From Yuukianura sp. NJ FZ-2021 (Eukaryota): a DNA stretch of 64,000 bases. Position 1 is the stretch's first letter; every line of letters starts with the position of its first letter. Both the position numbers and the translations under genes were made by a program. The stretch spans positions 10,540,001-10,604,000 of the forward strand of contig CM102286.1 of NCBI GenBank assembly GCA_046563655.1. The letters are read 5' to 3'. The notes under the pieces are model-generated. The model worked only from the letters and a program-made list of their open reading frames with translations, was not told where the DNA came from and did not search any database. Of the stretch, positions 1 through 11,742 are shown in pieces.

Positions 1-346
1 AGGAGAGGGAAGTTAAGGTTCGTATTCAAATTGGATCGTTGATACACAGAGTCACTAGTTCTCCAGGTACCTTATCGACAGAAATTTTCTGCTGGACAAC
101 ATTCGATGTTTATCGCAGTGTCAATTGCAGCCAAAAAATTTTCCTGTCGGAGAGAGATGTTAAGGTTCGTATTCACATTGCTGGATTCATATTGCAGCAT
201 CAGTGATGCTGCAATAATAGTATGATTTGACCGTCTGACCCTAAGCAAGTGTTTAAGAAGGTGTAGAGATGAGTTCGGGCTGAGTCATCCGTCCCCACAT
301 TTGAGGTGTCGCAAGATGGCTTCTTGCGACAGAACTGCTAAACTAG
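1..346 (+). mobile_element. 3' end of a Helitron-like element
   Basis: 10-bp stem TGTCGCAAGA/TCTTGCGACA (307-331), an 11-nt spacer, then CTAG (343-346) followed by T, which is the canonical Helitron 3' terminus. An internal ~147-bp-period repeat (GGAGAG..GTTAAGGTTCGTATTCA) occurs at ~2 and ~149. Confidence 0.6.
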
Positions 347-359
347 TTGAATGGAATTA

Positions 360-1341
360 TGCTCCGTTTCAAAAATATATTCCGCCTGTGTATTTCTCTG
401 GTCCCCGCTCCCAACGCCTCCCCCTCTACCTTTCTCCAAATTTTGAATCAGGTTGGCGCGAAATATTCTGGTTTGTTTACATTTTTTCAAAACTTTGCTT
501 ACAGCTGATTCTCTTCAAAAACACTTTTAAAGTTTCTCTGTCGTTAAGTTTTAATCTTTTTAAACCTAATTGCGAAAGGTTAGGTTAGTTTTGTTAGTTT
601 TGCACTGGTGAGTAAAGTGTAGCGATGAGTGCATTAACACCGCCGAATCCTCCTCCAGTACGTAAGATTAAGTCTCCAAACATTAAGTTGTCCGAGACTA
701 GATACATCCAAAACATCTATGAGTACTTGAAATTTGTGAAAGAGAACACTGGCAAAGAAAATATTCCAATTGGATTCGTTACTCCAGGGAAGAAAAACGT
801 AAGTACATAATACGTCGGATTGAAAATCAAATCAAATACTTCAATTCTGAATACGTCATATTTTGAAATTGTGTATGACTGTAAGAAATCAATTCCTGTA
901 ATTTCAGATTCCTCAAATCATAGGGAAAATGGTCGGGGTTACCGAAAGGGCAGTGACGAGGAATCATTTAAAGAGAACGGACTTGGAAAAGTACTGGATC
1001 AGAGACGGAATTTCGTCAATGACACCAATTCAACCCATTGTTTTCATGGTGAACACTGGAGACAGATGAAAGTGACGAGTTTGAAGAAACCGATAACGAG
1101 GAAAATTAAATCGCTAATTATCTGATAGTTTTATGTGAATGTTTTGTTTGTATACCATAAAAATGCTACTGAATATTAAAAAAGTTTTTTGGTTATTTTC
1201 GTGATGTCTTGCTTATTGTCACTACATTTCTAGGAGACGCATGGTTTTACCTCCAAGTTGAGACAAACCTCCTTCGAGAGAAAGTGAAAGCGGTGGGGGA
1301 GCCCGTCAAGAGGAGACGGAATATAACTTTGAAACGGAGTA
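360..1341 (+). mobile_element. Non-autonomous Tc1/mariner-like DNA transposon with a truncated, intron-containing HTH ORF
   Basis: ~28-bp imperfect TIRs T(G/A)CTCCGTTTCAAA..TATATTCCG, flanked by TA at 358-359 and 1342-1343. The ORF from 625 has a GTAAGT donor (~799) and continues as an HTH-like QIIGKMVGVTERAV. No DDE domain. Confidence 0.7.
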
Positions 1342-1829
1342 TAATTGGTGTTGTTCCTGTACTTTTGTGAATCAGTTTGTATGCCACATGTTTGCTCTCC
1401 CTCCGCAAACCCGCGTGGTTTATGTTTTTTATTACATATTACAAAGCCGATGTGCTTTACTTAAACAAGAACTCCTGTCATTGTCTTCAACCAATCTCAT
1501 GTTCACTACATTTTGGATTGGATAATTGCAGGATGTAACTAATTTTAATTTTAATTACAGCACCTTGCCCGCAAAGTAAGAATCACTAACAATAACAGTG
1601 ATTTCCTGAGCTACTGACCCGCAATTGTGCATAACAATAACACCATGCGGAATTATATTAGCAACTTTGAATTCAAAACTTTATTAATTCCTTTGTTATT
1701 TTATTTTCCCTAACTCTTTCCAATTAAAAGGCGTCGTAAAGCTATGGGAGTGTGAAGAAAAGAAAGTTTATGCGTCATTTCAAGAGAAAAAATTTGAGTA
1801 AATTTCAACCTTGGTAAGAACTTAAAAGT

Positions 1830-3764
1830 CTAAATGTACATAGGAAACGTTTCGGTAAGCACGTCCCGACAAACTTTGAAACTTCGGAAAGTCACACATT
1901 CCTGGCCGTCAGCACAGTCGGAGTTTTTTACGCAGAAGCAAGAGTCCATTAGTGAGCAGTGCTGCTCTTCTTTACTCAAAGTCAGCTGATTAGACACTCC
2001 AGTGACTCTTCTTCCAAAATTGTTCATAAACAGGCCATTCGGGTCGTACTTTTTCAGATAAGTGCGAAATTTGGCCAAATTCGGAGCATTACGCATGATC
2101 ATTTCTCTGCTGTGGAATGCTGCTCCGCTGGATGACCAGTGCGGTCTCCCGCCATGTTCAAAAACCTAAAAAAAACTCAATGTTTTCGAAAAAAAATTTA
2201 GGTACAGCTTTTTTCAACTTGAAAAGTTTTACCAGAGCCTGTCCAATTGCCTGATAAGCTGTTAGTCCCGCTCTAGCAGTGACATATCTGCGCCTGCGCA
2301 TTGGTGTGACGATCTCCACAATAAACGTTTCACGCCCGAATTCGTTCGACATCAGGCCTGTTGATGGGGCACCAAACTTCAAGAAAATGCCAATAAGTGG
2401 AAAATGTGCTGGATACTTGTTCAAAATACTTTTAATCGTCTTGACAACAGCATCGAATTTTTCAACTGGCATAGAAAATCCATTCACCACTGGATAAATC
2501 GCAAAGTCCCACCCACAGCTGCCCGGAGTGCAGCGATTGGTTGTCAGATCATGAGCGTAGCCAATGGCAGGATTCATAAGCGTTTCTCCACCATCTTCCG
2601 AAAAATATGCTTGCCGCTGTGGAACTTTATGATAAAAAGAATACTCCGCCAATCGCTCCATTGTGTTTAATAAAAGTCGGCTTCTGTATTTCTGCGCAAA
2701 CTCATAAATGCTTCGAATGACGGTAGCCATCAGTGGTGTGACGTCAAGTATTTGATGTACTTTGGCATTGCCAGTGACGTTGACACCCACGTACTTCCCT
2801 TTTGAGGCTACAACAGAACGCGTATTCGGGAACCACCAAAATTGGGCCCAATCGAACTCACGAGCCGTCTCTACCGGAAAACCGCCAAGAAGAACCGAAT
2901 CTGAAATCCGATAATTCTCAATTTTCATGTTGTACGCCTGTACGGTTCGGAATGTAGCGTCAACTATGATCCCAAGCAGACCCAAGTGAACTCTAAATGC
3001 ATCGAGGTCTTCTGGACGACTTTCGTCAATAATCACGGTTTTACCGGTACCGTCAATTACCGTTAACCCAATCACCAATGACGATATCGATACTGGATGA
3101 AGCAGAGTTGCCCCTCTGACGCCCGTTCCAAGTCCGCCACCAACCGTCACTCCACCATAAGAGGGAAAATGGCCAGCTAGAGCTCTTCCGCGAATTTTTA
3201 ATTCTTCTATTAAATCTCCCACTGCGCTTCCACCTCCGGCCGTGACCGTATTGGCAGCATTATCGAATCGAACGTAGTTGATTCTGCGCATGTCAATTGG
3301 AATTCCGTCAGTGCAGATTATGTCACTCATAGAATGGAGTGATCCAATGGCCTTTACCGTACTATTTAAACTGATGGCGCGAAAAACGATTTGGCGCAAT
3401 TCTTCAACATTGGATGGTCGCTGGATGTCGTACGCACTGGAGCAAACAACTTCCGTTTGATAATTTGTGTAACCAGCAGCCTTAAATAAAATACTAAAAA
3501 ATGTTTGCGTTAATTAGTAAGCGTAATCAAATGGAACTTAAACTATTGGAATTTTGCTTCCAGCGGAAGAGATTTTGTCACGCGGTATAAATTTTTAACA
3601 GTTGTATAATTGTCTTTAAGCTTTTTGGCCATATTTAATTTAAAAAAAATGAGAAATTGGAATTTTGAAATATATCTTCAAAATCTGCGCCAAACTTACG
3701 TAAAGTTGTCTAATTGTGCCATGAGCAACACTATTCCTATATGTGTAACAGAAAATGAAACCAT
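1830..3764 (-). CDS. Plant-type L-gulonolactone/D-arabinono-1,4-lactone oxidase-like flavoprotein, copy 1 (exons 3764-3700, 3493-2233, 2165-1830)
   Basis: FAD-binding GSLHS motif, HLGLLGII, GGRPHW, YDPNGLF and a Cys-rich C-terminal tail. GT-AG introns have compatible phases. The short hydrophobic first exon resembles a signal peptide. Confidence 0.85.
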
Positions 3765-4259
3765 CTTTAATTCAAATTTCAAAACTAGGTTAAGAATTTA
3801 ATTACAAATTAGAAATTTAAATCAACTTTTTCTTTTTCAAAAAACTCCCTAGACCCACTTTTTGAAATGAGTACAATTAAGTGTTGTATGCTTCAGTTGA
3901 TACTGAAAATTATACCAAAGTTATTTTATTATACTTGGTTATGTATATCTTGTGAAGTTTATAAACTACGATATCATGGGATTAAAAAATCAACTAGTTT
4001 TAGTTTATTCTTTAAACTTCTTATCATTAGCCAGAAATCAGCATACAAATTAATTGGAATTTTCAGGCTTAGTTTTTATGTGTGAAAACTGAATCCTCGT
4101 GGAGTTTTCCTAATGTGATAAGTGTCGAGGAAAATTTTGTGGTAAATGTAGGAGGCGATAGAATTATGCGAATTTCCTGTTAGATTTACTGTTTCATAAA
4201 AAAGTATCGAGAAAGTTTTATTAAGGTTTATGTAAGTTAGCCTTAATCGTTAATCTCAA

Positions 4260-4650
4260 GAACCCTAACGTTTCAATTTCGTTTGGTGTAACTGCGCTAG
4301 ATGAAGTTCCGCGGGTCACAGACTAATACTTTATACATCAATCGACTGCATATGACCTTTGCTTCCAAATGGCATGTCAGTTGCCCGTGTTTGATATTTT
4401 GTGAAGTTTTGGATTGGTAATACTCAAAGGTCACAGGTCCTGATGTCACCTAGCACATTCTATTCGGGGTAACCTCACAAAGAAACTGACAACTTACTTT
4501 TCCAAATCGGCTCAGTAGCTTCGGAGGAAACGTAGGAGACACACACGTACAGATGAACAGAGTCACGATTTTGAGTAAGTAGATTCCGTCCAAGGTTGTT
4601 TGACTACAAAAAGATTTTTTTAGCAGGTTGGGTACTACCTCGCGTGTTAA
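4260..4650. mobile_element. Possible DINE-1/HINE-like non-autonomous repeat
   Basis: Core TTCCAAATCGGCTCAGTAGC followed by a (CA)-rich tract resembles the DINE-1/Helentron core. Boundaries were not determined. Confidence 0.3.
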
Positions 4651-5040
4651 TAAAACAATGAAAATAAATTAGCACCAATTTTAGTACCAATCAATCCGAA
4701 GTATTTGTTATCAATTCTTATGCAAAATTTAAACAGTTCGGCTGTATTGTTATGACTACGACGCCCTGAGATGAAAAGGCAATTATTTTGCAAAATCAAA
4801 AAAAAACATAAGGTGTATTACCCTAGCTTTTAAAGAAAATCAATATCAACAAACGTTGGTTCCGTCTGTTATCGTCAGACACTTATACAGATCGTCTTCT
4901 TATTAAATGCGTGTATTTATTATTATGGCCAGTAATTGGTAAATTCTCGGCTTCAATTAATGTGAGATTGGCAAAGCTATACGAAGTGGTACGAAATAAC
5001 GTTTAAAACAGTAATTTTTAACTCACAAAGAAAAGAAATT

Positions 5041-7040
5041 TCAACGCTGGTAAGAACTGAAGAGCCTAAATCTAGGAAAAGTTTCGGTAAACACGTCGCG
5101 ACAAACTTTGAAGTTTCTGAAAATCACGCACTCCTGACCATCGGCACAGTCCGAGTTTCTTGCGCAGAAGCAGGAGTCCATCAGTGCGCAGTGCTGCTCT
5201 TCTGTGCTCAAAGTCAGCTGATTAGACACTCCCGTGACTCTTCTTCCAAAATTGTTCATGAACAGGCCATTCGGGTCGTACTTTTTCAGATACGTCCGAA
5301 ATTTAGCCAAATTTGGAGCACTACGCATGATCATTTCTCTGCTGTGGAACACCGCTCCGTTGGATGACCAGTGAGGTCTCCCGCCATGTTCAAACACCTA
5401 AAAATTAACAAGTTTTGAAAAAAAAGATTGCGGTAAAATTATTCTAAACTATTACTCTAAACTAAGCTTTTTACCAACGCCTGTTCAATTGCCTGGTACG
5501 CTGCAAGTCCCGCTCTGGCAGTGACGTATCTGCGCCTGCGCATTGGTGTGACGATCTCTATATTAAACGTTTCCCGTCCAAATTCAGATGACATCAGGCT
5601 GGTTGCCGGGGGACCAAATTTTAACAAAATGCCAATAAACGGAAAATGTGCTGGATACTGCTCCAGAATGCTTTTGATTGTCTTGATAACTGGATCAAAT
5701 TCTTCAATTGGCATAGAAAATCCGTTCACCACTGGATAAATCCCAAAGTCCCACCCACATTTGCCCGGAGTACAGCGATTGGTTGTCAGATCATGAGCGT
5801 AGCCAATGGCAGGATTCTTAAGCGTTTCTCCACCATCTTCCGAAAAATATGCTTGCCGCTGTGGAACTTTATGATAAAAAGAATACTCCGCCAATCGCTC
5901 CATTGTGTTTAATAAAAGTCGGCTTCTGTATTTCTGCGCAAACTCATAAATGCTTCGAATGACGGTAGCCATCAGTGGTGTGACGTCAAGTATTTGATGT
6001 ACTTTGGCATTCCCCGTGACGTTGACACCCACGTACTTCCCTTTTGAAGCAACAACAGAACGTGTATTCGGGAACCACCAAAATTGAGCCCAATCGAACT
6101 CACGAGCCGTCTCTACCGGAAAACCGCCAAGAAGAACCGAATCTGAAATCCGATAATTCTCAATTTTCATGTTGTACGCCTGTACGGTTCGGAATGTAGC
6201 GTCAACTATGATCCCAAGCAGACCCAAGTGAACTCTAAATGCATCGAGGTCTTCTGGACGACTTTCGTCAATAATCACGGTTTTACCGGTACCGTCAATT
6301 ACTGTCATCCGAATCACGAGTGACGATATCGATACTGGATGAATTAGAGTTGCCCCTCTGACGCCCGTTCCAAGTCCACCACCAACCGTTACCCCACCAT
6401 AAAACAGGAATTGGCCATCTAATGCTCTCCCGCGAATTTTCAATTCCTCAATCAAATCTGCCACGGTCGTTCCCCCTCCGGCCGTGACCGTGTTGGCGGC
6501 GGAATCGAATCGAACGTAGTTAATTCTGTGCATGTCAATTGGAATTCCGTCTGTACAGATTATGTCACTCATGGAATGGAGTGCTCCAAGGGCTTTTACG
6601 GTACTGTTCGTACTAATGGCACGAAAAACGATTTGGCGCAATTCTGCAACAGTGGATGGTCGCTGGATGTCGTGCATACTGGAACAAGGAACTTGCTTTT
6701 GATAATTTGTATAGCAAGTAGCACTGCAGAAAATTCTATAAACAAAAGAATTTTAGAAATAGAGTGATTATGAGACAAATATAATCAAGTCGAACTTTTT
6801 GTTAAATTCCTTTAGCTGAGGAGGAAGAGAAAGACTTAAGAGAAGTCTTAAATTTTAAATGTGAACTTGCATATACTCGCTTCGCTACTTTGTTTGGAAT
6901 TTGCAATTCATTAAAACACAAAGCTAGAATATTCCAGATCCAATTGAAAATAACTTACTATAAACTTAAACTTACTTAGTATTGTGTAGTTGTCCCAAAA
7001 TCAACACTATTCTTAATTTTGTAAACGAAAATGTCACCAT
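5041..7040 (-). CDS. Plant-type L-gulonolactone oxidase-like flavoprotein, copy 2 (exons 7040-6976, ~6723-5475, 5397-5041)
   Basis: GALHS, GGRPHW, YDPNGLF and CALMDSCFC..C..C tail. Same three-exon structure as copy 1, with a 65-nt first exon. Confidence 0.88.
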
Positions 7041-8197
7041 TTTAAAGCAAAATTTCCAAATTTAAAGTATGTTTGAAAGAATATTAAATCCTTAGAATTA
7101 AAATTTTAAATTCTCCTTTTTCAAAAAAATTTCTAATCTACTTCTTGAAGTGGATACGAAGAAGCTTTTTGTGCTTCAATCGATACTAAAAGAATTACGC
7201 CAAAACTATAGTATTTGTTAATAGCTTCTAGTGAAGCCTAAAAACTACGATGTCATGGGACTCAAAAATTCAACTAGTTTTACTTTATAGTACTTCACAA
7301 TGCTTATCATTAGCCAAAAATCGACAAATAAATTGGACTTTTCAGGGTAGGGTTAGTTTTTATGTGGGAAAAATGGGTCCTTGTTAAATTTTCCTAATTG
7401 CAAAAGAACATGGAACACACTCCTGTGAAAATCAGGGTTGATGGGATATTAATGAAATTTTAACTAAAGTTGTTTAGCATCAGTAGATCAATTTCTGCCA
7501 ATTTTCAAACTCTTAGAAACGATAAGGTCTAGGATTACGTAGGTCAAAGGTAACGTTGTCAGCATACAATGATCCCATATAAGTAGCTTATGTTTGGAAC
7601 GAGCCTGACAAGCTGATTCAGAGGACTATATTTGTGTTGCTATTTAGGACATTCAAATAAGCAAATTCTTTTCAAATTATTGCACGCTGAAATCAAAACA
7701 GCAAGTTACAACAGCAGCCAAAAATCAAGTTCAGTTACTAATTTAAAATAATTAACCTGGATAAAATGTTGTTAATTTTTTTGTTTTGAAACGAATCAGC
7801 TGAAAACTAAATCCGCATACTCTACTTCAATGTAAGCATAAGTTTTCTCAAATATCAAATTGGGAAAATTCAACAAAGGATTCAGTTCTCACAAATAAAA
7901 CTCACCCTGGAAATTCCAATTTATTTCTTTGTTGATTTCAGACTAATAAGCATTTTAAAGTATAAACTAAAACTAGTTGATTTTTTAGTGACATGACTTC
8001 GCATCGTGGTTTATATCATGATATAACGTCACAAGATGCACAAAATAAAGCTTACAGAAATCTTTTAATAGAGTATAATTTTTAGTACGAATTGAAACAT
8101 ACAAGCTTCTTCGTATTTGCGTCAAGAGGTGGGGTTAACCAGTGGGTTTGAAAAGTGATTTTTTTTTAAATATTAAACTTTGCAATTTTAATTAAAA

Positions 8198-11100
8198 ATG
8201 GCAACATTTTCGTTGACACTTTTAGGAATAGTCTTGGTCTTGGGACTAGTCTAAGTAATAATACACAGTGTGTGTCCGGGGGTGACTAAAGGTCGGAATT
8301 CTGCTGACTCCTCGGATTTGTATGAGGGGTGCACGCACACTATCAATGTGCGGACTTTACTAAACAACAGGTTACGTTTAGCACAACAACTCCTAACCTG
8401 TTCCTACGCATTGCAATGTAACTTACAAAAATAAATAATAAATGTATACCATAAAACACAATGTCCGTCAGGCTGCGAAGGCTGACGTACACTTTACACT
8501 GAGTCATTGTACTGTACCAATACTTTGGTGAGTACAAAACTAATTGTATCACACTGGATGCCAATTCAAAAATCAAATAAGTCTATAGTTTGCTAACTAA
8601 CCTAACATATAACCCTACTTTAATTCGATTATTATTAGGTTAGGCAAAAAAAAATCACACAACTTCGGGAGGGATACAACCAGGTGATGCTACCTTGAGT
8701 GTAGAGGTTTTAGCATGACTATACCTCTGAAGAGAACTTTTCCTCTGAAAGAGGGTTTAAGTGCACATTGTACAGAGTCATTGTTCTCTTTCATTTCGGT
8801 TTGCCTACTTATTGTATCCGTAAGCATGTAAAACTCAAAAAATGTACGTTTTGCAATTAAATACCTAATACCTAACCTGCACTACTCCTGCTGGCTTATA
8901 GTCTTCGTGCGGAGCAATCTATACCACATTACAAAATCCCCTTAGCCCTTTGCCGTTCGGTTGTCCTCTTCGTGTGTGAGTGGTGTGGCTAAAGGTCGAA
9001 TATCGGACTCCTCTGATTCATCATGAGAAAGGCGCACACTCTTATCTTTCCAGTTGGAGCAAAAAATACAAGGGATGGGATGCGGCAAAGCGGAATTGCA
9101 TCCGCTGTATCCTTGCGAAGGGTGACTGCGATATTTTTGTGGCGACTTCGTCCGTCAATCCAACCTTTTGATTTGCAGTGATGCAAATTCGTGTGAGAGG
9201 GGTCTGGCTAAAGACCGCATCGCTGACTCGAGCGAGGAAGAAAAGGTTTAGGTTTAGCAAAATCTGACAAAAGCTAACCAGTATTGCAACAAAATTTCAA
9301 ATCGGTAGTTTCGGAGAATAATTAGTAGTAAGTAGAGGGAATGAGCATGTCAATCTCAAGACATGGCTTAATTTCGGCCCCGGTTGAAAAGGTGATGGCG
9401 CCATAAGACCTCATTAGTTTAGAGCAAGATTGGAACTCGGTTGACGTAAGATTAACAACGGTGTATGTTCCCACCAACGGATTATTTTTTTGAAGGGGTA
9501 CTTAACGGTTCTGATATTATTTCTTTGTCCAGTTAGTCCGTCAATCAGGTTACATACGAAATCCTCGAGCCATCAGCGCCCCCGCCAGGGGGCGCCATGG
9601 CTCGTAAACAATAAGTAAGTTTACCGCAAATTTTGGAACTAGATTTTGAAAATTCTAATTTTGCATTTTTGAAAAATAGGAAAACTAAAAAACGTAAACA
9701 ATATAACATTTTTTGGATAATTTTATGCAGAGCTGCTACTTATACAAATTTTCAAACGGAAGCTGCTTGCTACAGTGCGTACGACATCCAGCGACCATAC
9801 AATGTGGACGAATTGCGCCAAATCGTTTTTCGAGCCATCAGTTTAAACAGTACCGTAAAAGCACTTGGAGCACGTCATTCCATGACTGACATAATCTGCA
9901 CTGACGGAATTCCAATTGACATGCGCAGAATCAACTACGTTCGATTCGATAATGCTGCCAACACTGTCACGGCCGGAGGTGGAACCGCCGTGGGAGATTT
10001 AATAGAAGAATTAAAAATTCGCGGTCGAGCTCTAGCTTGCCACTTTCCCTCTTACGGTGGAGTGACGGTTGGTGGTGGACTTGGAACGGGCGTCAGAGGG
10101 GCAACTCTAATTCATCCGGTATCGATATCGTCACTCGTGATTCGGATGACAGTAATTGACGGTACCGGTAAAACCGTGATTATTGACGAAAGTCGTCCAG
10201 AAGACCTCGATGCATTTAGAGTCCACTTGGGTCTGCTTGGGATCATAGTTGACGCTACATTCCAAACCGTAGCTGCTTACAACATGAAAATTGAGAATTA
10301 CCGGATTTCGGATTCGGTTCTTCTTGGCGGTTTTCCGGTAGAGACGGCTCGTGAGTTCGATTGGGCTCAATTTTGGTGGTTCCCGAATACGCGTTCTGTT
10401 GTTGCTTCAAAAGGGAAGTACGGGGGTGTCAACGTCACTGGCAATGCCAAAGTACATCAAATACTTGACGTCGAACCGCTGACGGCTACCGTCATTCGAA
10501 TCACTTACGAGTTTGCCCAAAAATACAGAAGTCGGCTTCTATTAAGCACAATTGAGCGTTTGGCGGAGTATTCTCTTTACCAGCAAATTCCACAGCGACA
10601 AGCTTATTTTTCGGAAGATGGGGGGAAAACCCTTAAAAATCCTGCCATTGGCTACGCTCATGATCTCACAACCAATCGCTGTACTCCGGGCAAATGTGGC
10701 TGGGACTTTGGGATTTATCCCATCATAGCGTCATTTTATGTACCAATTGAAGAGTTCGATGCTGTTATCAAGTCAATCCAAAGCATTCTGGAGGAGTATC
10801 CAGCACATTTTCCGCTTATTGGAATTTTGTTGAAATTTGGCGCCCCGGCAACAGGCCTGATGTCGAATGATTTCGGACGGGAAACGTTTAATATAGAGAT
10901 TGTCACACCAATGCGCAGGCGTAGATACGCCACTGCCAGAGCGGGACTCGCAGCGTACCAGGCAATTGAACAGGCTTTGGTAAAAAGTTTTAAAGTTTAG
11001 AATAATTTTACCGCAATCTTTTTTTTTCAAAACTTTTGAATTTTTAGGTGTTTGAACATGGCGGGAGACCTCACTGGGCAGCCAACGGAGCGGTGTTCCA

Positions 11101-11404
11101 CAGCAGAGAAATGATCATGCGTAGTGCTCCGAATTTGGCTAAATTTCGGACGTATCTGAAAAAGTACGACCCGAATGGCCTGTTTATGAACAATTTTGGA
11201 AGAAGAGTTACGGGAATGTCTAATCAGCTGACTTTGAGCACAGAAGAGCAGCACTGCGCACTGATGGACTCCTGCTTCTGCGCAAGAAACTCCGACTGTG
11301 CTGACGGGCAGGAGTGCGTGACTTTCAGAAGTTTCAAAGTGTGTCGGGACGTGTTTACCGAAACTTTTCCTAGATTTAGGCTCTTCAGTTCTCATCAACG
11401 TTGA
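8198..11404 (+). pseudogene. Plant-type L-gulonolactone oxidase-like copy 3, inverted; exon 1 broken, exons 2 (9731-10979) and 3 (11048-11404) intact
   Basis: Exon 1 homolog MATFSLTLLGIVLVLGLV at 8198 hits TAA at 8252 and is separated from its GTAAGT donor (9615) by a ~1.35-kb insertion. The downstream frame is open, with GARHS and GGRPHW. Confidence 0.7.
8262..9609. mobile_element. Unclassified insertion in exon 1 of oxidase copy 3
   Basis: Absent from copies 1 and 2. Flanked by AATAA direct repeats (8257-8261, 9610-9614). A GC-rich hairpin GCGCCCCC-gcca-GGGGGCGC lies near the right end. Confidence 0.55.
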
Positions 11405-11742
11405 AAGGAAGTGATATTAAAATACCGTACAAGGTCATCTGGACTTAATTTGTAGTTGAATCGTAATTGTTAACACTTGACAGTGATTAGAACAACGCCA
11501 CAGTAAGATGGAGTGTTTTCACATTTTTTGTGTACCCAATGCAAACATAAAAGCAATCATTTTTTTATCTAACTCAATGTCAAGGTCATGCCTGCGCATA
11601 AACACTTATTTATTTAGTCAATTGTGTGGTATAAATACTATGGCTTCGGTACAGTAAAAATTTCTAGTGTCTCTTACCTATCACTTGAAACAACACACTG
11701 TTAAAATTAATACAACATTGAAATTCCTTTAGCACGATAGAA

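Noticed and set aside
2279..11398. Antisense ORFs repeated in each oxidase copy
   Set aside because: Shadows of the conserved sense coding sequence.
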